Positions 51,682 to 64,000 of a stretch of DNA of 64,000 nucleotides are shown here, piece after piece. The stretch is from Gracilinanus agilis (taxonomy: Eukaryota): assembly GCF_016433145.1 (NCBI RefSeq), contig NC_058132.1, forward strand, positions 242,183,073 to 242,247,072, read 5' to 3'. The notes beneath the pieces are model-generated. The model made no database searches, was not told the DNA's origin, and was given only the letters and a program-made list of their open reading frames with translations. Within the stretch, counting starts at the first letter, position 1, and each line of letters starts with the position of its first letter. Made by a program: the position numbers and the translations under genes.

Positions 51682-54600
51682 ACTACTACTGAGCAACTAT
51701 TTTTACTGGTGCTTAAATCCTTCCTCACACAAAGCTTAGTAAAGGGTTTTCTAAAGAACCCCTTTATAATGCTAGTGTTGAGGGACAGGACTAACACCGG
51801 CCTTATAGGCTAACTGTTATATCAGACTTTTATTGCATGTAGTTGTTATGTTTCAGGGGACATGATTTGACTGCAGTATCTATGAATCCATGTAATAAGG
51901 AGCTGTATTATAATGGGGTTCTACTGCATTTTATTAAAAAGCTACTGACTTGATTGTGCTCTTCAATTATTCTTTCTATTTAACTCTTTGTATTAATTAT
52001 ACAGTTAAATAATTTTCATTTAGAGGCTCACCCCATCTTTCATATGCTCAACTTAAATGTAGCCATTAAAGATGAATGAATATAATGCCTGCAAGCCACG
52101 GGAACTCTACTTAGTTCTTCACACCCACTACCTGAACTTTCTGTTCCACCTTTTATCTATAATAGCCTCCAACTAGTTTGGTTGACACTTTTCACTTTGT
52201 CTCAGTGGTGGGGAATCTGTAGTAGTAGGAATAGCATTAGTTGGAATGTTTCTGCCAAGAGGAAAAGGAATGCTAATTTCTTTCATAATTCTTAACTCAA
52301 CCCTCACCCCTGCTCAGATCCTCTTGGTGCTGAAGGTGGTCTCTTGGTAGTGTCACTAATTCTGTCTCATCTCCTTGCTCTACCAGAATGACCTCACTCC
52401 AAAATTCTCCAAATTGGGTCCTTGAGCAAATGCCAAGGATAGCCTGAGCCTGGGTTTCCTCTGAAATGTAGATGACTTCAGGTCTTTGTTTACCAATCCT
52501 GAAGTTAACACCTGTGTAGTTCATTTCTCAAAGATCTGGACAAGAGTGCTGGGAATAGAAGCAGAAATTTTTACTTCTGCTCAATATTTTGTGTTATTTT
52601 TACAAAAACAAACCACTTTTAACCCATGTCAGAGACTGCTTTATGACTTGAAGGGCCCAGGTGCAATAGGGAATGTTCTCTCTTGGCTCCTATCCCATAC
52701 CCAAAATACCTTGGAAAATCTGTCACACACTCACACACACACACACACACACACACTGTAGTACACTTAAGATCACCTGGAAGGTTCTGTCCATATTTCA
52801 ACAGATAACCTTCAGTATTACCATAATTGGTGCTTCTGCAAATTGCCATTCCCCTTCAGAACCACTTTGTTCCCTACAGGTGGCACCAATTTACCTTCCC
52901 ATGGGGTCAAACCCACCAGGAGCAAATGAATTTTCCTAGGTGCTATCTTCCCAAAGGCTTTGGGGGAAGGCCTCCATGATTTCTCTGTGGCTGACGGAGC
53001 TCTTCCCCTATTAATGCTATATAGGCTGTTTCCTTTAACCACTCCTATGAGTCTCTGTCCTTATGCAAACTTGCTCAGGGATCAGGACCATGCTGTTGCT
53101 TTCTAAGTTCTGGTCAACAAATACAGGTTAATATACTGTGATTTCAAATCCTGATGCCCATTCTTCTCATGCATTAGGTGGGATGTCCTCCATTGGAGAA
53201 TGCCTCTTTTCCACTTGTTCAATAGCTAACAAAACATTTATTCTGTAATTATAAGCCAAAGGAATATATCAGAAGCATCCTGGGTCAAATTATTCAAGTA
53301 GACTTTGTTGAAAACTATCCAACATCTCCAGATAATCTGATAAGGACGGCTTAGGTGATAAGAAAGAAGCAAGACATGGGAGCTGCTCTTTCTGTTAGCT
53401 CATGCTGCTGCTGCATCTCCTTGCAATGAGCTTGGGGTTTTATTATATACTGTATACAAAAACCCATTTAACACAAGAGCACAAAGAAACTTCGCAGTTG
53501 CGCAGAATTACAAATTATGTCATCAAAGCACAAAAAACCTCAGTGACTTCCGGGTTTTCAAGGTGAAGATAAAACAAGGCTAGAATTCTAGCCGCCTTTT
53601 TATCAGTAAGCTGAGTCTGGGAATATTTTTCTTAGGGGCGAATAGCCCCTGCTGGATGAGACTTTGACCTTGGCTGTCTGGAAACAAATTCAGAGGCCAG
53701 GCAGCTTTTTTGCTTAATTTCTGTCTTTAGTCTTGGAGAGAAATTGTTAACCTCTTAACTTCTGGTTTGCTAAGGACTTAAAGTTTTCCAATAAGACTAT
53801 AATACTTTTCCAATAAGAAAAGGTGTGTGGCATAAAAGGGGTCAAAAGAGGAGTCAAAATTTTTATCTTAGATAACCTATCCTGTCTGGCTTTAACTAGC
53901 AGAGTAGCTTTCGATGGGGTCCAGAAAAAATAGCTATTTGAGACTGTTTCTTTTATTGGCCTCCCACAACAATTACTGGCAATTCCTAAGAGTATAGGAT
54001 GGGAAAAGTTGCTCACTCTCCGATATTAAATAATTTTAAAGTGGTATGCAAGTATGTATACTATAGTGGGCCAGGAAAGAGAAACCACAGATGGAAGTAT
54101 CATAATATGCATTTTGAAAGGAAAATATGCAAGGTTTTCTTGGAGTTCAATAAAGTAAGTCAATGGAGGAAGCGATTCCAAGGCTGAAAAGATTCGTAAG
54201 ACAAATGTCTTGGAAAAGACATTGCTGGAAAAGAGTTCTTAGCCCCCATGCTTCCATAGTTTTGACACTATAGAAGTCATATCACAACTCTCTCACCACT
54301 AATCTTCATTCCTAGCCTTCTCTTCTTAGACTCAGTTCCTGATCAGCTAGAACCCTGCTCCAAGGAATGGGAACCACCACCAATGTCCTGAAATTTGTGA
54401 TTAGCTATGATATTTTAAGGTTGGGACTCTTAGGAGAAAAAATATCATCCCAGATGTATATGAGGAGGAAACTGAGGCTTTAATGCCATTTTACCAGAAT
54501 TTACACTGGAAGGCTGTCTCAGTTGACCAAACACAAATCACATGCTCACTTTTTGTATTTTGGTTATAATGCTACTGAGGTCTGGTCATATTATTTGAAT

Positions 54601-57154
54601 TTTTGTCTTGCTAACCATACCTCTGTTTTGTTGTATCATTTCATATGGTTTAGAAAGTGCCCTTCCAAGAACCCTGTTCACTAATGCACTTTTCAATGAA
54701 TTAAATTAATGGGGGAAAAATTGTGATTAGTATCTATGACCTGTTAGATGGTATATCTGAATGGAGAGAAACCTGCTCCAAAGATCAATGCACCAAAAGA
54801 AAAAGTGTTTCTCTCGCAACAAGTTGAAATGTGACTGCATTTCCTACTAAAATATTTGTACAGATTGTAATTTCTATAGTGCTATCAGGATAGTATTTAC
54901 TGAATACCATCTTCTAGTCTGCCAGTGATTTTCAGGCTGAATAAGCCTATGTAGGTTAGCCTAAGAATCCAAGCATCAGGTGTATCATTTGTTTTTTTCA
55001 GGATCAATGATTTCACTGGCATAGGGAGGACCAGGTGAGAAAACTCTCTCTACCAATGCAAATCAGCAGCTCATCATTTTGGTCTTAGGGACTTGCCTCG
55101 AGACTCTTGAGAGATGAAGCAATTTGCTCATTATCGTATTGCCCATATGTCAGAATGAACCTAGGCCATTCTTACTCTGACTGACTCTCTTTGTACATCA
55201 TGCTGAGTCTCATGGGAAATGTGTTCCATGCTATAATTAGCTTTTTTACAAATGAATTTTCAGGGTACAACAAAATTGACTTGCAACAAGTTGAGAACTT
55301 CCAGAAATTCTATTTTATATGAATAGTTGTATAGAAATATATGATTCTATTCCACTTAGAGACTTTGATGAATCCATGAAAGTCTTACTGGGTAAGTCAC
55401 AACTTCTCTGGGTCTCAGTTTCTTCATCTACAAAAGAAGAGAACTAGACTTCATGGCATTTAATATCCCTTTTAGTTCTAAACTGGTGGTCTTTTGGGTC
55501 CTCCATCAATCCAGATAACATAATCCATGCCTTCTTCTAACACGTTAGAAAACCTTTATCTAGATTTTATAATATTTTTTAAGCCCTTACCTTCTGTCCT
55601 AGTAACAACTCTAAGAAGACTGAAGAACAAGGGCTAGGCAATTGGGCTTATGACTTGCTCAGGGTCACACAGTTAGGAAGTATCTGAGGCCATATTTGTC
55701 CCCAGGTTCTCCTGACTCCAGGTCTGACACTCTATCCATTGCTGCCCTTAGAACTTATAATATTTCATAGATACTATTGAGGCCCTCAGAGCAATAGTGT
55801 TATCTTTTGTTCTGCTTACATAATAGGCATACTTCCTTTTCTGGTAGAAGATCTTCTTAATCAGGGACCAGATCCTGGAGAGCTCAAACCTTTCAGTTTT
55901 GGAACTCTTGCACTGAGATCCCTGCTATCCTGATAAGACAAATGCCTCATGCATTCTCTATGGGTAGTTTGCCTCCATTCATTTTACTGACTGGCCATCT
56001 TCCCCTGGTTTCCAGTCTTGGAACCATACTCAAAAGAACACTGCCAATGCCCCTGGAAATCTACTGCCCTATAGCTCCATTCACCATCCTTGTGGCTTTC
56101 CAAACCAAATAGCCATCCTGGAGCACTACTCTGTATTTGCTGTCTCCCTAGAATATGAGTTCCTAGATGTTAGGCACTGCCTTTTCCTTTCTATGTGAAT
56201 CTAGCGCTTAGGCCCATTACGCATACTTAAATACTTTATTCACTTAATCATGTCTTTTATTCCAGAGCTTCCTGTACTCATCATTCATAATATATGGCAG
56301 TCTACTCATACCTACTCCATCTGTTGTTCTTTGGGTCACTTGAAATTTTCAGTCTTTGAAGACCTTGGTCTTCCATGATTACAGTCATTTAGCTGCAAAG
56401 TAATGTTTTAAAAGTTTTTCCACCAAAAAACTATTTTTTTGCAAAAGAAATTTTATTAAAAGAAAACAAAACAAATACTTAATTTTGATGTTACTGGATT
56501 GATTTGAAAGTAGTTGGCTTAATAAATACTTTGTTTTTGACTCTTCATATGATCATGACTTAAAATTACCACAAATACTTAGATGCTACCTTGACTTGAA
56601 ATTGTTATGACTTTTTTTGTTCAAAGTAAAATAAATTCTAAAAGGAAATTCTTTTGAAGATTTCTCCACTATATTTATAGGATATTGGTGTTGAAAAGAA
56701 TGTTTTGTTTTGTTTTGGATAAGGGAGCAGTTTGGGATCAATGATAGTGGAGTAGTTTCCCAAACTCAACCTAGTCTTCTCTTTTCTTCAAATCCAGGCC
56801 CCAGTCATTATCTATTTGTAATAATACCCAATGTACCAACAAATGCACTGATTAATTAACTCAATCAACTGCCTAGCCAACTGTATTTCATAATCTAGAC
56901 AACATTTGTTCTTTTCCCATTTGCTCTTTTTTGTTTGAATTTACTAGATGTGTCCCTTTTAGAATGCACTTTGAGGAGGTCCTATTGTTTTCTGAAGCCT
57001 GATATCTTTATCCCTTCATTCACAGATAAGAACTTTTTGCTTGGCGGAGTACAGATTCTCCCCTCTCCTTTTGAGTCATAGGTGCCTGCGCTGGGAGCTA
57101 CTACTGAGAGCTAGGCATTTTACCCTTTCTTCCTTACATTTGGATACCTTAGAG

Positions 57155-57364
57155 CAGGGGTCGGCAACCTTTTTGGCCGTGAGAGCCATCAACGCCACAT
57201 TTTTTAAAATGTAATTTCATGAGAGCCGTACAGTGCTCACAGTGCACGCTCCTGTAACAGCACCTGAAAAAAAAAATTGACTTTATGGCTCCTGCAGAAA
57301 GAGCCATATCTGGCCCTCAAAAAAGCCAGATATGGCTCAAGAACCATATGTTGCCCGACCCCTG
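57155..57364 (+). mobile_element. hAT MITE, family D (young, CpGs retained)
   Basis: TIR CAGGGGTCGGCAAC / GTTGCCCGACCCCTG; perfect TSD CCTTAGAG (57147-57154, 57365-57372). Confidence 0.92.
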
Positions 57365-57444
57365 CCTTAGAGGAATAGCCCAGGATAATTTGCATAACCC
57401 AGACCAGATGTCCTGGAAGAATATGAAAAGTAAGAACGAAAGGC

Positions 57445-57660
57445 AAAAGAGGGAGCAGCTAGGTGGCTCAAAATCTGGAGTGCCAGATCTGGAGTCAGGA
57501 AGAACTGAGTCTAAATGTGGTTTCAGATACTTACTAGTTGTGCATCCTTGGGCAAGTCACATAACCTGGTTTGCGTCTGTTTCCTCATCTATAAAATGGA
57601 AATGGCAAATTACTCCTATAACTTTGACAAGAAAAACTGAAATGGGGTCATGAAGAGTTG
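57445..57660 (+). mobile_element. MIR/MAR-type core SINE
   Basis: gggagcagctaggtggc...ttgggcaagtcac...gtttcctcatctataaaatgg core. Confidence 0.7.
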
Positions 57661-58904
57661 AATTTGACTCAAATGACTAAGCAACTATAAAGGAAAAAAA
57701 AGCAATAGAAGGTGGAAATTGCTGATGCAGTTGTGGGAGGGACAGTATTCAAACACTAGAAAAGAGAGGAAGTGAAGATCTATAGACTTCCTATGAGACA
57801 TTCCTAAAAAAAAAACCAGGGCATGTTATAACCATCCAAGAAAGAATTTCCCACAGTCACTTGATGAGATATTTTGTATAAAGACTTGGTTGTGAGAAGC
57901 CCAGTTTAAATAGTCCAAGGGTACTCTGTATCTTTGGAGGAGATAAGGCTCTGGTATAAGTGTGTTTGGCCTCTCTTCATTGGTAAATGTGGTCAGCACC
58001 TGGTTTATTCCCCTTATTCCTAGACTCTAAGAATATTTAATTTCTAATTATAGAATTCTAAGACTAAGAATAAGACTCTAGGATCTAGAGGCATCCTTCA
58101 GTATTCATATTGATAATACTGGTAATACTTGGCCACTCTTCAACTTCCTCCCTGCCCAGAACCTTTATCTAGTCTAGACCCTTTCTCAGTCACCCACAGG
58201 ACTGGTCACACTTTAGCTCTCACCATCACTCAGAAATGTCCTACCTCTATGATGTTAAAGCTACAGATTCTGCTTTCTACTCACAATTTCTTGTCCTTCT
58301 TACTCTCCCAACCTCTTTATTCTTGTAGAGTGTAAATTCTTTTTGGACAGGAATGTCTCACTTTCCTATTTGTATTGCTAGGACCTTGGAATAGAGTGGG
58401 CACTAATAAATGCTTATTGATTGATTGATTGATATCTCCCACTTTTTTATCATGGCTTCCAATTTCTAGATCCTTCCCTTTTCTTTCAGTTGATCATTTA
58501 TGTCCTGGCCTGATTTTCCTTATTTCATTACCTTGACCTTATGGTTCATTTATTCAAACACTGCTGTTCTTCCCTTTGAGTCCCTTGGTCTTTTATTCTA
58601 CTCTTAATATACCACTAATCTTCCACTCTGGGTTTCAATCCAACATACACCTTCTCCACTTCTACTGCCAAATATCTGAATGGTACTGGGAGAAGTTACA
58701 AAATGATGGGCACAAATTTGGAGTGACTTCTTCTGGGGGTCTCAATCTTTTTATTCCCTTTTTTATTGACTTCTTTCACAACTTCTTTGAATGTTTTCCT
58801 TCTTAAATCAAGCCCCTTACTTTACCTTAATATTCTACTTTCTCAGCAAGCGGTTGTATTTACTCCTTTTCTGAGAAAAAGTCTTGACCTTTATCCCAAG
58901 GGTG

Positions 58905-59110
58905 AGCTGGAGTAAGCTCAAACTGGCACCTGATTATTCAGCGGGAGCATTTGTAACTCTGAAATTAGCAAACACTATAAACCAGAAAATAGATTGTTTT
59001 GCTTATTGTCTAGAGTTAGGAAAGTGATGGAAAATATATTAATATGACTGACTAATAACATTAAGTTTAAAAGGGTGTCATGTGCAATTTTGGGAGAAGT
59101 TAATTGTTAA
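58905..59110 (+). mobile_element. MER63-like DNA transposon remnant
   Basis: gagctggagtaagctc...attgtctagagttaggaaagtgatggaaaat...ttgttaaaacattta; related to 4600-5040. Confidence 0.55.
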
Positions 59111-60486
59111 AACATTTATGAGGACACCTTTGCCTCATCCCTTCCTTATCTCTACCTTATCCCCTCTCTAAGGCACTGAGGATACAGAAAGAAACAAATG
59201 AGAGTGTTTTTTCTCAAGGACTTTATAATCAAATGGGGGAGACAACAAGCAAACAGATATATACAAAGCAAACCACAAACAGGAAGGATTTATTATTCAG
59301 TTCTGTCCTATTCTTTGTGACCCACGTGCCATACTATCCATAGGATTTTCTTGGCAGAGACACTGGAATGGTTTGCTATTTCCTTCTCCAGTGGAGTAAG
59401 GCTAACATAGGTTAAATGATTTGCCCAGGGTCACAGTTTTAGTTTAGGTTAGTAGTTTGCCCCATTTCTTATCCCCTCTCTCTAATCTTCAAAATTTTCC
59501 AACCCATGGACTACTTCTTTGCTGCCTACAAACATACTCAAGTCTCTTCATCCTTAAAAAGCCTCCCACTGGCCTTGTCAACCCCTCAAGCTACTACTGT
59601 TCTATATTTCTCCTTTTTCACTGATAAACTCCTAGAAAGAGTGTCCTACATTCACTGCCTTCACTCTCTCAATACCCATTCCCAATTCACACCTTGCCAT
59701 TTGGCTTTTTACCAGCAACACTCAACCAACACTATTCTCTGACAGGTCAATCATTTCTTATCACTAAATCTGACATCCTTTTTTTCATTCTTGTCTCCCT
59801 TGATTTTTTCCTCTGTCCCCTGGACAGTGGCTCCTCTTGATTTCCATGACATTATTCCCTCCTAGTTCTCCTCTTTTCTGACTTCACACTATAATGAGAA
59901 ATCTAGCCCTTGAGACTCAGAGCATGTACAATATCTCTGGTATGCTACCAATCCTGGAGGAGGTTTGAAGAGTCTGCTTCCAAGCATGCATAATGAAGGG
60001 GTCTTTCTTCAGTGCATCTCACCACCACCATCTTGGAGTCCATGCAGGTGTCTTAAGTTTCTGCTTTGATTGATTGCTCCCTACTCATTCTTTATACTTT
60101 ATAACTGTTTATCTAGACTCCTCTCCTTCTTTGTTCTTTCAACATTCTACCTTGTATCACATTTGTGTGCAAGTTATCTGGGTTCTATTAGACTGAAAGC
60201 TTTTTGAGGAAAGGGGCCATATTGATTTTAATCTTCTTGTACAAGTGTTTGGCCAAGTCAAGTCAACAAGCCTTTATTAAGTGTTTACTAAATGCTAAGG
60301 CCTGGGGATACAAATACAAGCAAAAAGGCAGTCCCTACCCTTAAGGAGTTTACATTTGTTGTGGGAAAGCACACCCAAGTTTGTTGCAGGGTCTTGCCCT
60401 GGAGGCTCAAATCTCGGTCCAATCCAGAAGTAAGAAAGAATTTTATTGGAAGAAGAAGTTTTTAAGATAGTGTAATAGTGTCATAT

Positions 60487-60670
60487 CTGATGGAATAGCC
60501 TGAGAGCTAACCTGATAGCCTTGGAGCTGATGAGTTAGCATAATAGTCCTGGAGTAATGGAGTAGTCCTATAGCCTTGGGTTGATGGAATAACCTCTGAG
60601 CTGGTGGGATAGCAGCTCTGGAAATGATAAAATACAAGCTCTAGAGCTAATACAATAGCCTGGGAGCTGT
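60487..60670. repeat. Degenerate ~20-bp minisatellite, probably inside an LTR
   Basis: Recurring unit gatggaatagcc(t)ggagct, roughly 6-7 diverged copies. Confidence 0.55.
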
Positions 60671-63600
60671 AGAACAGGGTGCCCCCCCCCTTCCCCTGTA
60701 ATTCAAGGTTTACATACTCATTGTGTTTGTCAGCATGAGAGAGGTCTCACTACTCTTCTGGAACACCTTCATCAAAATAAGGTAAATACAGAACAATGCA
60801 AGCCAACAATTCAGAACCAAGGCAGATACAGAAAAATTAACAATGTGAACAGGTATAGAACTGGTGCACAGAACAACCTAACAGTTCAGAACTAAGGGAT
60901 GGAACAGCACAAAACCATTATAAGAGATTACTACTATGGAATGGTTACATGCTTAGCTAGAGCTAACTGGCAAGAAATACAAGATTTCAGAACATGAGAG
61001 TCCTGCTTCTTTCACTGCCCATTGTCCACCTCCATCACATTCTAAAGGGGAAGAGAGAGAGGTAGGAAAATGGAAAAAAAATCCAGAAGACAGAAGAAGA
61101 TTCTTGATGCAAGAATATTGACTTTGACACTCGCGATATCCTTGATTTCAACATATATCTCCATTCAAAAACAAGTATCAAAACTAGGAATTAGATGGTC
61201 TGTCCAATAGATTCAGTACCGCATAGCATGTTAGAAAGATCTGAGGCTCCATTATAAATATATGCCTTTATTTTTTTTAATATTCTCCCCTATGACCAGA
61301 TAGTATATTGGTTGTACCATACCACAACTTATTAGAAATTCAAACATTGCTAGGAGCTAATAATATTGGTTCTTCTATATGAGATCTGAAGCTCTTTGCT
61401 TGATAATGGAAGGAAAAGTTTGGCACAGAAAAAGTTTGGAATGTTGGGAAGCAACTTTGAGTGACAGGAGTGGCGGTTGGAAGGAGAAGCAGAGGTTTGA
61501 GGGGGAGAGAACCCTGGGAAGGGTCTCTGTCTCTGGACTCAGTGGGAGATGGAGGACTTTTACCCAACCTCTGGAGTCAGTTGAGACTACCTGATGTTTT
61601 CCCTTGATATTTCTTTTCCTGAAGACTTGGCAGTGTTCCTGCTTCTTACATATATCATTGAAGCAGAGTTTAGACATCTGCCAGTAGCTGGAAGGGGTCT
61701 GTGGACCAGAAAAGCTCACTGGGCCAACCTGGAAGACTCACTGTCCTGTCCTGTGCCAATTGAGAGAGACCCTCATCATCCTCTTCTGTATGTAGTTTAG
61801 TTTAGATAACAGATAGAAGAAATTAGCCATTTTTACAGTTTTGAAAGCTTGATAGTTTGTTTGCTAGCTAGTGCTGGGTCAGCAATGAAGAATATTATTG
61901 GAGAATGTTAATGGTATACCTAGACAGGAGTCAGGAGACTTTGGTTCTTGTCCCAGCTCTCCACCAGCACTGTGACTTTAGGTAAATCACTCGTCCTTTC
62001 TGGGACTTAGCTTACATAAAAGAAAAATGGTAGAGTGAGACTAAATATCCTCTAAGGTCATCTTCCAACTGCAATGTGCTTTGCTGGAAAATAAAAATAA
62101 ATCTAATATTTTACTTCATTCAAATAAAATAATCTTATTGAAAGCAATGGACCACGAACAAAGTCTATATCTTCCATTCCATCATTTTCAGAGCATTGAG
62201 ACCAGTCTGAGGTGAAACTGCAAAACAGGGGAACACTCCTTACCCTTCCTTTTGCCATACCATATCTTTTCATCTTAGGATATTGGAAGAGTCTTTAGAA
62301 ATTAGAGAGACAAGCCCATTTAGATGAAATGACTTGGCCAATAATAGAACTGGGATTTGAACTCAGATACAGATCTAGCATGCTTTCTACTGTGTCACAC
62401 TTCTTTGCAGAAGAGAAAGCCAAGAATTGAAAAGATTTTATTTGCACAGATATTGTTATTGTAACAACATTTCTTGTAATAGTTCAGACTTGCCACTTTA
62501 AAAATGTGAATCCATCATTATTTTGGGATTAAAATGACAGCTAGATTAATTCTCCATACATAACCCAAGGACACAGTTCTACATGGAACTAATAATGCCA
62601 GCACTGTTGTTTGGATGTTTAGCTCTCCTCCAGGCTGGCTAAAACATCCTCTAGCCAAAAAGACAATAGGAGATGCATTCTGAATGATCATAGCTTTCAA
62701 AAAGTGTAATCCTAGTTTTCAAAGTATTTGACTTTCTTGTATGAAAGCTGTAGCTGGAAACTTGGATTAATAACAGCAATAGTAGTAGTAATGTTAATAA
62801 CAATAAAAGCAGTATTATGTAGTACATTTAAGTTTGCTAAACACTTTACAAATATTATCTCATTTAATCCTCACAACAATGCTGGGAGGCAGGTGTTATT
62901 CTTATGTCTACTTTGCAGGTGAGGAAACTGAAGCAAGCAGAGATGAAATGACTTACTAGGAAGTGTCTGAGTTAAAAAATTTGAATTTGAATCTTCTTGA
63001 ATCTGAGTCCAATGTTTTATCCACTGTGCTATCTGGTTTTCTCATGTAGAAATCTACAGTTTATATTTTTAATAAGAAATTCTTAAGTTGTGGATTTTCC
63101 TGAAGACTGTGGGGTATTGGAGAAGAGCTATGAATCTTTTTTGGTACAGATGAGTTCTTTCCCTTTTTCCTTTGATCTCTTTGCCATATAGACTCAGTAG
63201 AGGTAAGCATAGTTTTATAGCTTTGGGGGCTTAGTTCAAAATTCCTTTCCAGAAAGCTGGACCATTCATAGCTCCACCATAATCTGATCGTATAGTTGAC
63301 CTTCTATTATTGTAAATTCTTAGCAGAGAATTTACTCAAAGTGCTAGAAGTGTTTTAATATTTTCTAGTGCTGTTTATAAAACTAGAAGATATAACCAAG
63401 AATAATCCTGGGTAATGAATCATGGTTAAAAGATGTCAAAAAAGATGTTAAAAAGTGTCACTGGACTGTAGAGATGTGGAAAGAATAAGGTGTTAAAATA
63501 CTAGAAAGATAGGAAGAAGTCAAGTTATAAAGCACTTTAAAAAACCAAATAGAGACTTTTTTTTAAAATTTGATCCTGTAGGGAACAGGGAGCCAGTGCA

Positions 63601-64000
63601 ATTTATTGAATAGAAGGGTCAGTTCTGAATTTTAGGAAGATCAATTTGACAGCTGAACATGGAGTCAGGAAGATCTTAGTTCAAATTTAGCCTCAGACAC
63701 TTACTTCCTTACTTCATTATTTGACTATAGGTATATATAGATATATGGCTATCCCTTTATGCCTGGAATTCTTTCTCTCCTTATAACTGCCTTTTGGCTT
63801 CCTTCAAGTCTCAGCTAAAGTCCTAACTTCTGCAAGAAGTGAGACTTGCCTGGTCCTCTTTATTAGTGCCTTCCCACTGAGACTACTCCCAATTTATGTA
63901 TGGTTTAGTGGTCTTCTTCCGTTGGGGTTCCCTACCTCAAGTCTCTCCCCACTAGAGAAGGTTACTGTGGCTATACAGGTATGAAGTGATAAGGGCCAGG

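Noticed and set aside
60487-60670. Spaced short repeats resembling a CRISPR array
   Set aside because: Eukaryotic context, degenerate units, no unique spacers; a minisatellite.

Overview
Eukaryotic, AT-rich, CpG-depleted genomic DNA from a marsupial, most likely the opossum Monodelphis, judging by young SINE1_Mdo-like SINEs. It holds three complete spliced genes in the same order as the human 2q31 locus. FKBP7 (+, 4 coding exons, 3116-20601, 219 aa, ends HDEL). PJVK/DFNB59 pejvakin (-, 6 coding exons, ~31842-23688, ~354 aa, start codon inside an N-gap). PRKRA/PACT (+, 8 exons, 34242-51349, 313 aa). PJVK and PRKRA are head-to-head across a CpG island; FKBP7 and PJVK converge. The rest is SINEs, L1/L2 fragments, LTR-like segments and at least six short hAT MITEs with clear TIRs and 8-bp TSDs. 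A 2.76-kb tandem duplication around an N-gap in FKBP7 intron 2 is probably an assembly artefact. Best leads: (1) a 114-codon, stop-free and AUG-free in-frame extension upstream of the PACT start; (2) PACT substitutions at human S246 (phospho-switch), P222 (DYT16 site) and dsRBD1 H62; (3) a hAT MITE family carrying a CTCF motif; (4) ~100-bp direct repeats bracketing PJVK exon 5. Gene and repeat names and all human comparisons come from my recall of those sequences, not from a database search.
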